Below, one piece after another: positions 31,574 to 42,544 of a stretch of DNA of 64,000 bases (position 1 is its first letter; every line of letters starts with the position of its first letter). A program made the position numbers and the translations under genes. The notes under the pieces were generated by a model. The model ran no database searches. It saw only the letters and a program-made list of their open reading frames with translations, and was not told the DNA's origin. Source of the stretch: Candidatus Nanoarchaeia archaeon (GTDB lineage Archaea; Nanobdellota; Nanobdellia; Jingweiarchaeales; Jingweiarchaeaceae); NCBI GenBank assembly GCA_038874075.1, contig JAVZDD010000001.1:8701-72700 (forward strand), read 5' to 3'.

Positions 31574-32975
31574 AATGTCTATTTCTGATTTTAAATTAAG
31601 AATTAATGAAATTGCAAGGGAAGTGAATAAGTACTTAGAAAATGTTGAGACTGTGCGAGTCATATCTCACTACGATACAGATGGTATTTGTGCGGCAAGC
31701 ATCATTTGTAAGATGTTGCTCAGAAAAAACAAAAAATTTCATATCTCACTAATAAAGCAACTTGAAAAAGAAAAAATAGCTGAACTTGAGAAAGAAACCT
31801 ACAGTTTCTTTATTTTTACTGATTTGGGTGCTGGACAAATTGAAAATCTGATAAATCTATCAAAGTCAAGTAAAATACTCATACTCGATCACCATCAATT
31901 AAAAGATTCTATCAACAATGAAAACATAATCCATATAAACCCACATTTATTTAACATCGATGGTTCAGAAATATCTGGTGCAGGCGTATCTTATCTGTTT
32001 ACTAAAGAAATTGATGAAAAAAATTCAGATTTGGTCCATCTTGCAATAATTGGAGCTATAGGTGACAGACAGGAAAAAGATGGTAAATTCTTTGGAATCA
32101 ATGAGATGTTATTAAGCGAAGCAGTCAATTCAAATATAATGGAAGTGAAAAAAGGACTGAGAATTTTTGGTAGAGTATCCAGACCCATACACATTGTTTT
32201 ACAGTATTCAACAGATCCATTTATCCCTGGCGTTTCTGGAAATGAATCTGGTGCTGTACGTTTCCTCTCAGACATTGGGATAAAGATAAAGGATGAAAGT
32301 GGACGCTGGAGAAGAATGTGTGATTTGAGTGAAGAGGAAGAAAGAAAGTTAGTCACTGCTGTTATAATGCGCAGGTTGGATACTTCGGAAAAACCTGAAG
32401 ATGTGCTTGGAAATGTTTATACGATTAAGGGTGCATCTGACATTCTTTCTGATGCACATGAATTTTCATCTCTGCTAAATGCTTGCGGCAGGATGAACTC
32501 AGCAAGTATTGGGGTAATGCTCTGTATTGGAAGCAATGGAAATTTGATTGAGAATGTGAGAGAAATAATGCAACAATATAAAATCAAGATACTAAACGCA
32601 TTGAATTGGGTATTGGAGAATTTGAATAACAAAGAAAGGATAATCACAACAGATAAATGTTTTTATATCATTGGTAAAGGAGACATAGACGATAACATTA
32701 TCGGTACAGTCTGTTCAATCATACTTGAATCTGGAACAATAACAACAAAAAGGATAATCGTGGGTTTTGCAAACAGGGAAAATAAAGTTAAAGTTTCTAT
32801 AAGATCTAAGGATGAATATGTGAACATTGGAAAAATATGTGGCCAAATTGCAAAAAAATTAAACTTTGAAGGTGGAGGTCATAAACATGCCGGTGGAGCT
32901 AGAATAAATTTAAATAGTGAGAAAGAGTTTATAAATGAGTTTGAAAAGTATTTAAATGAAGATTTACAGAAATAA
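31566..32975 (+). CDS. DHH-family RecJ-like phosphoesterase (GAN/Cdc45-like)
   Basis: HYDTDG, TDLG, LDHH, GAIGD, LLNACGR, DHHA1 GGGHKHAGG; conserved between S15 and S3ae. Confidence 0.93.
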   Translation: MNKMSISDFKLRINEIAREVNKYLENVETVRVISHYDTDGICAASIICKMLLRKNKKFHISLIKQLEKEKIAELEKETYSFFIFTDLGAGQIENLINLSKSSKILILDHHQLKDSINNENIIHINPHLFNIDGSEISGAGVSYLFTKEIDEKNSDLVHLAIIGAIGDRQEKDGKFFGINEMLLSEAVNSNIMEVKKGLRIFGRVSRPIHIVLQYSTDPFIPGVSGNESGAVRFLSDIGIKIKDESGRWRRMCDLSEEEERKLVTAVIMRRLDTSEKPEDVLGNVYTIKGASDILSDAHEFSSLLNACGRMNSASIGVMLCIGSNGNLIENVREIMQQYKIKILNALNWVLENLNNKERIITTDKCFYIIGKGDIDDNIIGTVCSIILESGTITTKRIIVGFANRENKVKVSIRSKDEYVNIGKICGQIAKKLNFEGGGHKHAGGARINLNSEKEFINEFEKYLNEDLQK

Positions 32976-32985
32976 AGTGAAGAAA

Positions 32986-33546
32986 ATGGTAAAGGCACTG
33001 AAGACAAAGAAAAAAGAATGGTATACCATACATGCACCAAAAGTATTTAATGAGATAGAGATAGGTGAAACGCTTGCTGATGATCCAAACAAAATAATTG
33101 GTAGGAGTATATACACAAACATTAGCAATTTGATTGGTGATTTCACAAAGGATTACATGAAGCTCCGATTGAAGATAAATGAAATTAAGGACCATGATGC
33201 TTATACAATCATTGACTCATTCATGCTCGCAACCCCATATCTGTTAAGATTAATTAGGCGAAGAACTTCTAAACTTGATATCGTTGAAAAGGTGGAGACT
33301 AAAGACAATAAGAAACTTGTGGTCAAGACATGGCTCATCACGTTCAGAAAAACACAAGCACCAAAGAGAACAAAATTAAGAAAGTTTTTTGTGACTGAGA
33401 TAAAAAAGATTGCAAAAGAGAATACATACGATGCGCTGATTCTTAACATTATAACAGGTAAAATACAGAAGGACTTGATGAATAAAATGAAAGTAATATA
33501 TCCATTAAGACATTTGGAAATTAGGAACACCAAATTATTAAAATGA
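32986..33546 (+). CDS. rps3ae: 30S ribosomal protein S3ae
   Basis: K.WY.I.AP..F, IGET.A..P..IIGR, Y..RLIRR..S, IYPLR..EIR. ATG at 32986 is the likely start. Confidence 0.95.
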   Translation: MVKALKTKKKEWYTIHAPKVFNEIEIGETLADDPNKIIGRSIYTNISNLIGDFTKDYMKLRLKINEIKDHDAYTIIDSFMLATPYLLRLIRRRTSKLDIVEKVETKDNKKLVVKTWLITFRKTQAPKRTKLRKFFVTEIKKIAKENTYDALILNIITGKIQKDLMNKMKVIYPLRHLEIRNTKLLK

Positions 33547-34958
33547 TAAAACTTTTTGATACTTTTACTCGAAAAAAAAGAAAATTTGTTCCAATAGAGA
33601 AGGGCAAAGTGCGCATGTATTGTTGTGGATTAACGGTTTACAATTATGCGCACATTGGAAATTTGAGGACATATATTTTCGAAGATGTGCTTAGAAGAAT
33701 GTTTGAATATAATGGTTTCCAAGTGATACATGTAATGAATGTGACCGATGTCGGTCACCTAACTTCTGATGCTGACACTGGTGAAGATAAGGTAGAGATG
33801 GGTGCAAAAAGGGAGGGAAAGACTGCCTGGGAAATTGCTGAATTTTACACGAAGGCTTTTCTTCTTGATATGGAGCGATTGAATATCTTGAAACCAACAA
33901 TCTTGTGTAAAGCAACTGACCACATAAAAGAAATGATTGAATTAATAAAAAAACTTGAAGAGAAAGGATACACTTACTTGACGGATGATGGTCTTTATTA
34001 TGACACATCAAAATTCAAGGAATATGGAAAGTTAACTGGAATGACATTCAAGGAATTAAATGAGAAATTGAAGGCTGGAGCAAGAGTTGAATTCAATCCA
34101 CAAAAAAGAAATATAACTGATTTTGCGCTCTGGAAATTTTCACCAAAGGACAAAAAAAGACAGATGGAGTGGGATTCTCCCTGGGGTGTAGGATTCCCTG
34201 GATGGCACATTGAGTGTACCGCGATGAGCATGAAATACCTTGGCGAGCACTTTGATATACATTGTGGTGGTATAGACCACATTCCGATACATCATACAAA
34301 TGAAATAGCACAAGCAGAAGCAGCGACTGGAAAAAAATTTGTTAATTACTGGCTACATGGTGCTTTTCTCGTATTGGGTCCAGGAATCAAAATGGCAAAA
34401 TCTGCCGGGAATTTCATTACATTGCAGACATTGATTGACAATGGGTACGATCCACTAGCATACCGTTATTTGTGCTTAACAGCACATTATCGCTCGGAAC
34501 TCAAGTTTGAGTTTGAAAATATGAAAGCTGCGATGAATTCACTTTCCACATTGCGCGAGAATGTAAGGATAATGAAAGGCAATCTAGAGAGTAAAGTAAA
34601 CAAGAGGAAAATAGCAAAATACAAGAAAGAATTCTTAAATGCGATTAATGACGATCTAAACATGCCACTTGCGCTTTCAATTCTGTGGAAAGTAGTAAGA
34701 AGCAAAGAATTGAATAATCAAGAAAAATATGAATTAGTATTGGACTTTGATAGGGTGCTCGGATTAAATTTGGATGTTGAAGTAAAGGTTGAATTAACAG
34801 AAGAGCAAAAAAGATTGATAGAGGAAAGAGAAAAAGCAAGAAAAGAAAAAGATTGGAAAACAGCAGATGAAATAAGGGAAAAGCTGCGAAAGCAAGGTAT
34901 AATCTTAGAAGACACAGATAAAGGTGTTGTGTGGAAGAAAATTCATTCTTCTTCGTAA
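33543..34958 (+). CDS. cysS: Cysteine--tRNA ligase
   Basis: CG.TVY..AHIGN, NVTDVGH, DFALWK, PGWHIEC, HCGGIDH, KMAKS, ADEIR..L. Confidence 0.98.
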   Translation: MIKLFDTFTRKKRKFVPIEKGKVRMYCCGLTVYNYAHIGNLRTYIFEDVLRRMFEYNGFQVIHVMNVTDVGHLTSDADTGEDKVEMGAKREGKTAWEIAEFYTKAFLLDMERLNILKPTILCKATDHIKEMIELIKKLEEKGYTYLTDDGLYYDTSKFKEYGKLTGMTFKELNEKLKAGARVEFNPQKRNITDFALWKFSPKDKKRQMEWDSPWGVGFPGWHIECTAMSMKYLGEHFDIHCGGIDHIPIHHTNEIAQAEAATGKKFVNYWLHGAFLVLGPGIKMAKSAGNFITLQTLIDNGYDPLAYRYLCLTAHYRSELKFEFENMKAAMNSLSTLRENVRIMKGNLESKVNKRKIAKYKKEFLNAINDDLNMPLALSILWKVVRSKELNNQEKYELVLDFDRVLGLNLDVEVKVELTEEQKRLIEEREKARKEKDWKTADEIREKLRKQGIILEDTDKGVVWKKIHSSS

Positions 34959-35710
34959 ATTTCATTCAATATATTCAGAAGATTTCTATCATTTCTTGAA
35001 AGTGAATAATTTGAAGATGGTACACTTGAAACTCTATCTATGAATCTACTTAAGAGTCTAAATTTACCGCTTTTCTCCTTGACTACACCTTTCTTTAACA
35101 ATTTTTCCAATGCATTTTTGTACATAATTACTCCTCTTTCAATTGGAATGAAGGAAAAGCTCCGATAATACGTTTCTGGAAGCGGTTTTTCGTTTGCTTG
35201 CAATAAGAAACCTTTACTTCTTATTTTATCAAATATCTCTTCAATTGTTTTTGCTCCGTCTTTAAGTGCAAAGTAAACATTGAAACAACTTACGTACTCT
35301 TGGTATTTTTTTATTCTACCCTCATCGTCCTTTAGTACATTAACTGGGAATGACATCATATTCCTTAGTTGGATTAATCTTTCATCGTATGGCATCGGTG
35401 GTCCATCAAAGACATCAAAGCTTATCGTCACAATTGGTCTACTTGGTAAACTCCAGAAATCTAATGATAAATCTACCTTATCCTGCAATTCATTTATTTC
35501 TTCTTCTCTAATTTTTTTTGTGAGGATAATGTCCAAATCTGGTGCTCTTTTTCCCAATTCCCTTGCAAGTCTAAATTGAATTTCTCTGTCATCAAAGTAG
35601 GCCCAAGAACCTGAAATTGCAGCATCATATCCTCTCACTAGTAACATCTCCTTTACAAGATTGACATCTTGCTCTGCCTTTTTAATTTTCATAAAAATCA
35701 CGATTTGCAT
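34943..35710 (-). CDS. Hypothetical protein with a Pol-beta-like nucleotidyltransferase motif and possible C-terminal winged helix
   Basis: ISGSWAY...PDLDIIL (GS..DxD); C-terminal [20 protein letters not shown] resembles a wHTH. Confidence 0.55.
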   Translation of the reverse strand: MQIVIFMKIKKAEQDVNLVKEMLLVRGYDAAISGSWAYFDDREIQFRLARELGKRAPDLDIILTKKIREEEINELQDKVDLSLDFWSLPSRPIVTISFDVFDGPPMPYDERLIQLRNMMSFPVNVLKDDEGRIKKYQEYVSCFNVYFALKDGAKTIEEIFDKIRSKGFLLQANEKPLPETYYRSFSFIPIERGVIMYKNALEKLLKKGVVKEKSGKFRLLSRFIDRVSSVPSSNYSLSRNDRNLLNILNEIYEEE

Positions 35711-36513
35711 ATGGTCGTTCCAATTACTTTCTCGCCTAGAAGTGCTTTTTTTATCCTGTCTTTTTTCCTCGCATTCACGATCAATGATTCTATGCCAATT
35801 TCACTTAACTTAAGCAATTCTTCGATCTTTCTCCTCATACCACCGGTAACATCGATTTTCATTGAACCTCTTATTCCCTTTTCTATCGATTTGAAGTTCT
35901 TTGGCGTAATTTTTTCAATTAGCTTTGCATCTGGATTAATTTTAGGATCAGAAGTGAAAACACCATCTACATCCGTACCATGTATGATTTTCTTGGCATT
36001 CAAATACTTAGCAAGAAAAGGAACGATATCATCCCCAGATAATATTGAACACCCGCGTTTCTCATCGTATGCTGGAACTCCATATAGTGTTGGCACTAAA
36101 CCAAGTTCAACTAGTCCTTTTTCCACTTCAATGAACATCTTTTTTATTTTACCGTCTGACATAATCGCAGAAGCACTTGCTTGGCAAGGTATCGCTGGCA
36201 CACCCAAATCAATTAATTCCTTTGTCACGATTGAATTCAAATCATTTTGAAGTCTTTGCGTTTCAGCGAATGCCACTAATTGTTTTTTATTTTTAATTCC
36301 TTTATCAATTTTTGTTCTCTTCACGATTGGATGTCCGTATGATCCTGCCCCATGCACAAGAATTAATTTTACTCCTCTTTTATATGCGACTGCGATCTCC
36401 CTAGCTATCCTTCTCAGCACATCCAAATCAACACGTGGTACCTTGCTTTCTTTGCATGCAAATACGCTCCCACCGATTTTTAAAATTATTAATTGTTTGA
36501 TCACAATCACCAT
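35698..36513 (-). CDS. ipk: Isopentenyl phosphate kinase
   Basis: LKIGGS, VHGAGSYGH, P.LYG, ILSGD, TDVDGV, DVTGGM..K. Confidence 0.92.
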   Translation of the reverse strand: MVIVIKQLIILKIGGSVFACKESKVPRVDLDVLRRIAREIAVAYKRGVKLILVHGAGSYGHPIVKRTKIDKGIKNKKQLVAFAETQRLQNDLNSIVTKELIDLGVPAIPCQASASAIMSDGKIKKMFIEVEKGLVELGLVPTLYGVPAYDEKRGCSILSGDDIVPFLAKYLNAKKIIHGTDVDGVFTSDPKINPDAKLIEKITPKNFKSIEKGIRGSMKIDVTGGMRRKIEELLKLSEIGIESLIVNARKKDRIKKALLGEKVIGTTICKS

Positions 36514-36549
36514 TAATTTTTAATCTAACTTTAATTTAAAAACTTATTT

Positions 36550-37479
36550 TCAAGTCAAGTTTAAAAACCTATTTTCATTTCCTGCGCTCAGTAAAACAAC
36601 CCTACTATCTTTTTTATCATCGATGATTTTATACCCTGAATAATCTGAAAGTTTATCAGCAAAACTTTTTATTTCTTCGAATCTTGGCATCGATTCTTCT
36701 CCTAACCTTTCTCTTGAAAAACCAACCCTCATATACGCCTTAACCTCAACAAAATTGGGAGAAGCTTTCTTTATCAGTTCAGCATAACCTTTAACACCAG
36801 TCATGTTAAGACCTTTCACAAGCGTTAATCTAATCACCTTCCTTGTTTTTATAGAGGGTAAAATCTCGAGGGTTTTGTTTAATCTATCCCAATTTCCTGG
36901 AACCAGTGGTTGACATGTTTTCTTGTATATGTTTTCATTTGGTGCAGCTAGAGTAATATAGAGCTGTGTTGGTGGTTCCATTTTTAGGAGCGCATCTGGA
37001 TTCGTACCATTAGAAACTAAAAAAGTGGTCATCTTCCTTTGATGGAAATATTTGATCAATTCCGATATCTTCGGATAAAGTGTAGGTTCTCCTGCCAGCG
37101 AAATTGCAACATGTTTTGGTTCAAATGCTTCTTCAACCTTTTTTTTATCCGCTTTCTCATCTCCTTTATAACCAATCAGCAAACTTCTCTGGGCTTCAAT
37201 TGATTTTTCAACAATTTCTTGTGGCTCATCAAAATCCCTCATTTTTATTTCTGTTCCTTGAAAACTCCTCCAACAAAAAATGCAGCTTTGCGTGCAGTAA
37301 GTAAGATTTGGTGTCATTTGCAAGCAACGGTGTGATTGGATACCATAAAATTGCTGTTTATAACAAAAACCGCGGTTCAGAATACTTTTCTTTGTCCATA
37401 AACAAAGCTTTACAGCACCATATTTGCCAATTATTTTATACCCTTGTCTTTGATACAATTTTATGAGTGCTTCATCCAT
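36550..37479 (-). CDS. taw1: 4-demethylwyosine synthase Taw1/TYW1 (radical SAM)
   Basis: VKLCLWTK, CYKQQFYGIQSHRCLQMTP, CTQSCIFCWR, AISLAGEPTLY, EVKAYM..G.SR. Confidence 0.96.
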   Translation of the reverse strand: MDEALIKLYQRQGYKIIGKYGAVKLCLWTKKSILNRGFCYKQQFYGIQSHRCLQMTPNLTYCTQSCIFCWRSFQGTEIKMRDFDEPQEIVEKSIEAQRSLLIGYKGDEKADKKKVEEAFEPKHVAISLAGEPTLYPKISELIKYFHQRKMTTFLVSNGTNPDALLKMEPPTQLYITLAAPNENIYKKTCQPLVPGNWDRLNKTLEILPSIKTRKVIRLTLVKGLNMTGVKGYAELIKKASPNFVEVKAYMRVGFSRERLGEESMPRFEEIKSFADKLSDYSGYKIIDDKKDSRVVLLSAGNENRFLNLT

Positions 37480-37525
37480 ACAGTTTTAAAATCAAATTAC
37501 ATTATTAATATTTTTGAAAGTATAG

Positions 37526-37537
37526 AAAAATTTAATA
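37526..37537 (+). promoter_or_regulatory. Putative BRE/TATA for tRNA-Gly
   Basis: Purine run then TTTAATA (37531-37537), about 25 nt upstream of the tRNA 5' end. Confidence 0.45.
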
Positions 37538-37561
37538 GAATTTATTTCATTATTAAATCGT

Positions 37562-37633
37562 GCGGTTGTAGTCTAGCGGTTAGGACTTGTCCCTGCCACG
37601 GACAGAACCCGGGTTCAAATCCCGGCAACCGCA
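37562..37633 (+). tRNA. tRNA-Gly(GCC), no intron, CCA not encoded
   Basis: Acceptor GCGGTTG/CAACCGC plus discriminator A; anticodon arm TGTCC-CTGCCAC-GGACA; T arm CCGGG-TTCAAAT-CCCGG. Confidence 0.96.
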
Positions 37634-37644
37634 TTGTTGAGAAT

Positions 37645-38289
37645 ATGGGTGAAATTGAAGGTATTATTTTTGATATCGATGGTGTAATAATAGATTCTGA
37701 AGAAGCGCTTTATAGATACTATCGTGATTTGTTCTTACAATTTGGTTTCAAAGAGATTAAAAGAGAAAGAATAATGAAATTCAATGGTTATGCTGATAGA
37801 GATTGGATTACTGCACTTCTTCCAAAAAGTGAAAGGAAGAACAAGAACTTAGTAAATGAGATGGTGAAAATTGGTGTGAGGATATATGGTCCTTACTATT
37901 TGGCTAAATATGCTAAATTGTTTAATGGTGCAAAGCAGATACTTAAAGAATTGAAGAAGAGATATGAATTGGCAATTGTTACAAACAACACGAGAGGAGA
38001 TGTACGAATCATAATAAAGAAATTTGGGCTTGGTGGAATCTTCGATGCCATAGTCACAATTAATGATGTGAAAAATCCAAAGCCATCACCAGAACCTCTC
38101 ATCCTAGCATCTAAAAAACTAGGAATTCCGAGGCAAAATTTGCTTTATATTGGGGATACTAAAGTAGACAGAGAAACAGGTAGAAGGGCAAAGATAAAAA
38201 CAATCATTATAAACAAGAATGGTAAACCAGATTACAGCTTATTGAGAAAGTATTTACCCAAATATTTGGCACCTAAGTACAATAAGTAA
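37645..38289 (+). CDS. HAD-superfamily hydrolase (phosphoglycolate phosphatase-like)
   Basis: FDIDGVIIDS, VTN, KPSP, IGD..VD. The real start is ATG 37645, since the longer track ORF runs through the tRNA. Confidence 0.92.
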   Translation: MGEIEGIIFDIDGVIIDSEEALYRYYRDLFLQFGFKEIKRERIMKFNGYADRDWITALLPKSERKNKNLVNEMVKIGVRIYGPYYLAKYAKLFNGAKQILKELKKRYELAIVTNNTRGDVRIIIKKFGLGGIFDAIVTINDVKNPKPSPEPLILASKKLGIPRQNLLYIGDTKVDRETGRRAKIKTIIINKNGKPDYSLLRKYLPKYLAPKYNK

Positions 38290-39290
38290 TCGTTCTTTTC
38301 GAATACCTTATACAACAAAAGTGCGATTCTTCTTGTTTTTTTGAGTTGTGGTAGTATTAATTGATTAACCCTCTCCTCATATTCATGTAAGTTCGCAATT
38401 GTGTAGTCTAAATGCTTCTTTGATGTTTTTATGATTGCTTCGCTTGCCATTTTAGCGCAGGCAGTTGAGATATTAATGCCTCCGCCTGTCAAACAATCAA
38501 TCTGGGAGGCTGCATCTCCGACCAGAATCCCATGGTTAAAAACACACCTCATGGGCAAACTTGCAGGTAAATATGCACCCCTCAGCTCCTTAGCACCAAA
38601 TTCTTTTTTTATAAATTCCATCCTTTCTCTAACCTCTTCTGCTGTAAGAGCTCCTGTTCCTATATTATATTCATTCTTTTTTGGGAATTTCCATGCATAT
38701 CCACTACTTGAGTATTTTTTACCAAAGTAAAATTTAATCTCGTGATCATCAACTTTTTTCTTTGCTTTACCTTCTACGGCAAAACCCAACATTGGATCTG
38801 GCATTCCAAAAAATTTCCTGACAATTGAAAGTGCACCATCACAACCAACAATAAGTTTGCATTTTATGTTCTGGGGCTCAACGACAATACCATCACTTTC
38901 CTTTCTAATCCGATTAACCCTTTGCCCCATCCTTATTTCTCCTCCTTTTTTTCTTACTTGCTTCGCTATCTCGGCTTCAACTTTTTCTTTATCAAGCATC
39001 CAATATTCATGATCAATTTCTGCTCCGATTTCAAATTTATTTGGGAAGAACAATCTGAATTTTGTTATTATGTTCTCAATTCCTTTTTTTGATTCGTAGA
39101 GTGATGGGAAGGAATAACCAAATCTACTTGTAGTACTTACGCATTCACCGCATGCTTTTTGAAAAAATTTTTTATGCTCTTCAAGTAAAACAAAATCCCT
39201 TTTTTCCTCGGCTAGGAACTTTGCTAGGATGAGCCCAGCTGGTCCACCTCCAACAACCACTATTTCCCGTTTCTCCATCATTCCACGCAT
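38232..39290 (-). CDS. Geranylgeranyl reductase family FAD oxidoreductase (DGGGPL reductase-like)
   Basis: VVGGGPAG, K.CGE, GCDG, GYAW.FP, VGDAA....TGGGI. Confidence 0.9.
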   Translation of the reverse strand: MRGMMEKREIVVVGGGPAGLILAKFLAEEKRDFVLLEEHKKFFQKACGECVSTTSRFGYSFPSLYESKKGIENIITKFRLFFPNKFEIGAEIDHEYWMLDKEKVEAEIAKQVRKKGGEIRMGQRVNRIRKESDGIVVEPQNIKCKLIVGCDGALSIVRKFFGMPDPMLGFAVEGKAKKKVDDHEIKFYFGKKYSSSGYAWKFPKKNEYNIGTGALTAEEVRERMEFIKKEFGAKELRGAYLPASLPMRCVFNHGILVGDAASQIDCLTGGGINISTACAKMASEAIIKTSKKHLDYTIANLHEYEERVNQLILPQLKKTRRIALLLYKVFEKNDYLLYLGAKYLGKYFLNKL

Positions 39291-40003
39291 TTTATAAATT
39301 TCTTCATTAGTTTTAAAATTTTCGTTGGCTCTTTTTTCTCGAGAACGGTGCTGAGAACTACTTTATCACTACCGCATTTGAAAAACTTTCTTACCTGAGA
39401 AGGATTTCTAATTCCTCCGCCAACAATCAATACACATCTTTTTAGCATTCTCCTTGCCCTCTTTACAATGTTATAATCAACCGGTTTTTTTGCTCCTGAT
39501 CCTGCCTCTAAATATAACACATTTGAATCTTTTCTTAGCCTAAATTTTTTGATTATCTCGAGTACCTTTTCCTTGCTTATCTTTTTAGCACCAACTTTTT
39601 TACCAACCCTACTGAATGGTCCAAATATTAGATATCCAAAATTTATTGTCTTCTCACTACTTTTAACGATGAATCTACCAATTAAACTACGAATGTATGT
39701 AAAATTAAATGAATAATTGAGGAGAATCGGTGCCATTATTTTGTCTACATAATCATAAGCCAGTATACCTTGCATTATCCTACCTGGAAAGAGTATGATT
39801 GGAGAAAGACGCTCCTCTTTCAGCTTCCTTGCCCACTTCATCACTTCAAAACCACTTTCTTTTGTGCAACCAATCCAAAATTCAACGTGTTTTTTTAAAA
39901 AGTTCTTATTATATTCATTCTTCAACATACGACACGCTTTAAAAAAATTTCCAATTTCTTTTTTACTTGGATCCAACAAAAAACATATTTTTTTTGTTCT
40001 CAT
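39278..40003 (-). CDS. Geranylgeranylglyceryl phosphate synthase (GGGPS/PcrB family), divergent
   Basis: LLDPSK, ILFPG, GYL, YLEAGSGA, IVGGGIR. Confidence 0.85.
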   Translation of the reverse strand: MRTKKICFLLDPSKKEIGNFFKACRMLKNEYNKNFLKKHVEFWIGCTKESGFEVMKWARKLKEERLSPIILFPGRIMQGILAYDYVDKIMAPILLNYSFNFTYIRSLIGRFIVKSSEKTINFGYLIFGPFSRVGKKVGAKKISKEKVLEIIKKFRLRKDSNVLYLEAGSGAKKPVDYNIVKRARRMLKRCVLIVGGGIRNPSQVRKFFKCGSDKVVLSTVLEKKEPTKILKLMKKFIKCVE

Positions 40004-40092
40004 AATATTTATAAGTAGCCCGGACTTTTTTTATTTTATGTATTTAAAAAAATATCGCCCAGTTTCTTTTATTAAATTTAAATTTATATAAA

Positions 40093-41187
40093 ATGGTGAG
40101 TAGGATGGGTAAAAAGATAGATATTCAAAAAATTTTGAAGCAAAAGACACCTTTAATAGACAAGAAAATTGAGGAGTTTATCCCAAGAAAATTTAATGAA
40201 GCTAAGCTTGAATTCATCGCTGGAAAGCCATCTTATAAATATGATGTCGATGCAATTACGAAGGCAATCTCGCTCCCTGTTTGGGATTTTCTAGATAGGG
40301 GTGGAAAAAGATGGAGACCCACGCTTTTCCTACTATTTCTAGAAGCGCTGGGTAAAAATCCAGAGAAATACATTGATTTCGTTTTGATACCTGAACTTCT
40401 ACATAATGGAAGTATAATAATAGATGATATTGAGGACATGAGCGAGGAGAGGAGGGGTAAACCTGCACTTCATAAGATATTCGGTGAGGACATCGCAATA
40501 AATGCAGGTAATTGCCTCTATTATCTATCACTATTGCCTTTATTAAAAAATAGGGCAAAGCTTGACCAAAAAACACTTTTGAAGATTTATGAGATGTATG
40601 CGCAAGAGATGATAAGAATACATCTTGGGCAAGCAACGGACATTGCTTGGCACCGAGGTCTTGCAAGTGCAAATGAAATATCTGAAGAAGAGTACTTGGA
40701 GATGTGTTCAAATAAGACAGGTTGCATTTCCCGAGTTGCAGCTAAGCTTGCAGCAATTATTGCTGGAAAAAGCGACGAAGAAATTGAAAAAATTGGAAAA
40801 TTTGCGGAAATGATTGGAATTGCGTTTCAAATCCAAGATGATATACTAAATCTCGTGGGTGAAGAATTCGCAAGGGGGAAGGGTGGGCTAGGAGAAGACA
40901 TAACGGAGGGGAAAAGGAGTTTATTAGTAATTCACACGCTAAAAAAAGCGAATGAAAGGGATAGAAATAGGCTCATAGAAATATTGGAAATGCACACAAC
41001 AGACCAAAGAATTAGGAATGAGGCAATAGATATCATAAAAAAATACCATTCAATTGAATATGCAAAAGAAAGAGCGAGGGAACTGGTAATGAAGGCATGG
41101 AATGACATTGACAAGATTCTGCCTGCATCAAAAGCAAAAGAAGAGCTGAGAGCTTTTGCGTATTACTTAATTGAAAGAAAGATATAG
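40093..41187 (+). CDS. idsA: Polyprenyl (geranylgeranyl) diphosphate synthase
   Basis: GGKR.RP, DDIED...RRG.P, GQA.D, KT, AFQIQDDIL, DITEGK. Confidence 0.95.
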   Translation: MVSRMGKKIDIQKILKQKTPLIDKKIEEFIPRKFNEAKLEFIAGKPSYKYDVDAITKAISLPVWDFLDRGGKRWRPTLFLLFLEALGKNPEKYIDFVLIPELLHNGSIIIDDIEDMSEERRGKPALHKIFGEDIAINAGNCLYYLSLLPLLKNRAKLDQKTLLKIYEMYAQEMIRIHLGQATDIAWHRGLASANEISEEEYLEMCSNKTGCISRVAAKLAAIIAGKSDEEIEKIGKFAEMIGIAFQIQDDILNLVGEEFARGKGGLGEDITEGKRSLLVIHTLKKANERDRNRLIEILEMHTTDQRIRNEAIDIIKKYHSIEYAKERARELVMKAWNDIDKILPASKAKEELRAFAYYLIERKI

Positions 41188-41490
41188 GTGTTCATAGTGG
41201 AAGAGGAAGCAAGAGAATACGTAAATTCAATCAATAAAAATGGGTTGAAAGCAGCTTTTACTTATGGTGATCCTGCTGGAAAGGACATAGATTTGTGTAT
41301 TGTCTCTGAAAAACCAGAACTCATTACAAAACCTCCTGAAGGTATAGACTTAAAGGTTCTAAAACCAAAAGAATTTGAAGAAAAGCTAAATCACTTCGGT
41401 AAACAAGCAGTCGAATTCAGAACTATCATAGGTAAAGAGTATCTCGCTGACATTATAAAAAAACTCAGTTTAAAGATATCTCTGAAGTAG
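41188..41490 (+). CDS. Small minimal-nucleotidyltransferase (MNT)-like protein
   Basis: YGD...DIDL.IV and a later IDL strand; GTG start directly follows the idsA stop. Confidence 0.5.
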   Translation: MFIVEEEAREYVNSINKNGLKAAFTYGDPAGKDIDLCIVSEKPELITKPPEGIDLKVLKPKEFEEKLNHFGKQAVEFRTIIGKEYLADIIKKLSLKISLK

Positions 41491-41495
41491 CTCAC

Positions 41496-41906
41496 TCATC
41501 TCTTCAAAGCTTCCTTAACATCTTTTTTTATTCCTTCATGAATTTTATATTTTCCTATATCCTCTGGTTTTATCCATTTATAATCATCATGCTCTTTACT
41601 TAGTTTTATTTTTCCCCCACTATATCTGCAGAGGAGCGTTATACCAATTACTTGTGTTTTTCTGTTTTCTTTAAAAAATGTCCAGATCCTAACTGGTCTA
41701 ATAATCTTAACTTTTATTCCAGTTTCTTCCTTTATTTCTCTTTGTAGTGCTTTCTCAGGCTCTTCACCGAATTTAATTTTACCACCAGGTATATCCCATT
41801 CCTCTTTAAAAACATCTTCGGTGCTACTTCGCCTAAGTATTAGAATCCTCCTACCTTTGAAAATGACTGCTTTTAAAGCAAGATAAATTTTTTGCAATTG
41901 AATCAA
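41496..41906 (-). CDS. NUDIX hydrolase
   Basis: Nudix box GGKIKFGEEPEKALQREIKEETG; LS.EH..Y.W. Confidence 0.95.
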   Translation of the reverse strand: MIQLQKIYLALKAVIFKGRRILILRRSSTEDVFKEEWDIPGGKIKFGEEPEKALQREIKEETGIKVKIIRPVRIWTFFKENRKTQVIGITLLCRYSGGKIKLSKEHDDYKWIKPEDIGKYKIHEGIKKDVKEALKR

Positions 41907-42529
41907 CTTTCAATCTCTTCTAATATCCTTTCAATAATTTCCTGGTCAACTTCTTCAATTTCTTTATTAGTCGTGTCTATCTTAATAACCTTACGATGTC
42001 TCTTTAATTTTTCCTCCAATTTTTCCTCCATCTTGTTCATCAATTTTTCATTTTTCAAATCGGTGATGTCTATTTTTGTTAGATCTTTTTTCTTGAGCAT
42101 TCTATCTTTTTTTTCCTCATTGCTACATACCAAGTAAATTACAATGTCCGGTTTAGATGAAAGTCTTTGTAGTTTTTCGGCAATTTTTTTATCGATTTCT
42201 CTAATCACGTTTCCCCTGTGTACATCACTAAAAACCTCTAATGATGGTAGGTACCTATCAGCAACGACGATGTAATTATTTGATACTTCTTTTCTTATGT
42301 TTAAATCATTTAGATAAAAATCAGTAAAGTAAAGAACATCATGTAGTAATTCTGGGGTAGGAGTCCTAACAACTTGCCTAACCAAACTACCAAACTTACT
42401 GTTGGAAAGTGCATTTTTTTTATAAACGGCATTGTAACCTAATTTATTGAGTGCTTCCACTAAATTCTTTGCGTGTGTTGTTTTTCCCGCACAAGTAACT
42501 CCTTCAAACACGATGTATTTACCTCGCAT
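41903..42529 (-). CDS. Thymidylate kinase-like (d)NMP kinase
   Basis: YIVFEGVTCAGKTT P-loop, VADRY, KPDIVIYL, IDT. Confidence 0.85.
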   Translation of the reverse strand: MRGKYIVFEGVTCAGKTTHAKNLVEALNKLGYNAVYKKNALSNSKFGSLVRQVVRTPTPELLHDVLYFTDFYLNDLNIRKEVSNNYIVVADRYLPSLEVFSDVHRGNVIREIDKKIAEKLQRLSSKPDIVIYLVCSNEEKKDRMLKKKDLTKIDITDLKNEKLMNKMEEKLEEKLKRHRKVIKIDTTNKEIEEVDQEIIERILEEIES

Positions 42530-42544
42530 TTTTCATCACTTTTA

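Noticed and set aside
37444..37644. N-terminal 67 aa of the 281-aa track ORF
   Set aside because: It overlaps the taw1 start and the tRNA-Gly gene; the HAD motif begins just after ATG 37645.
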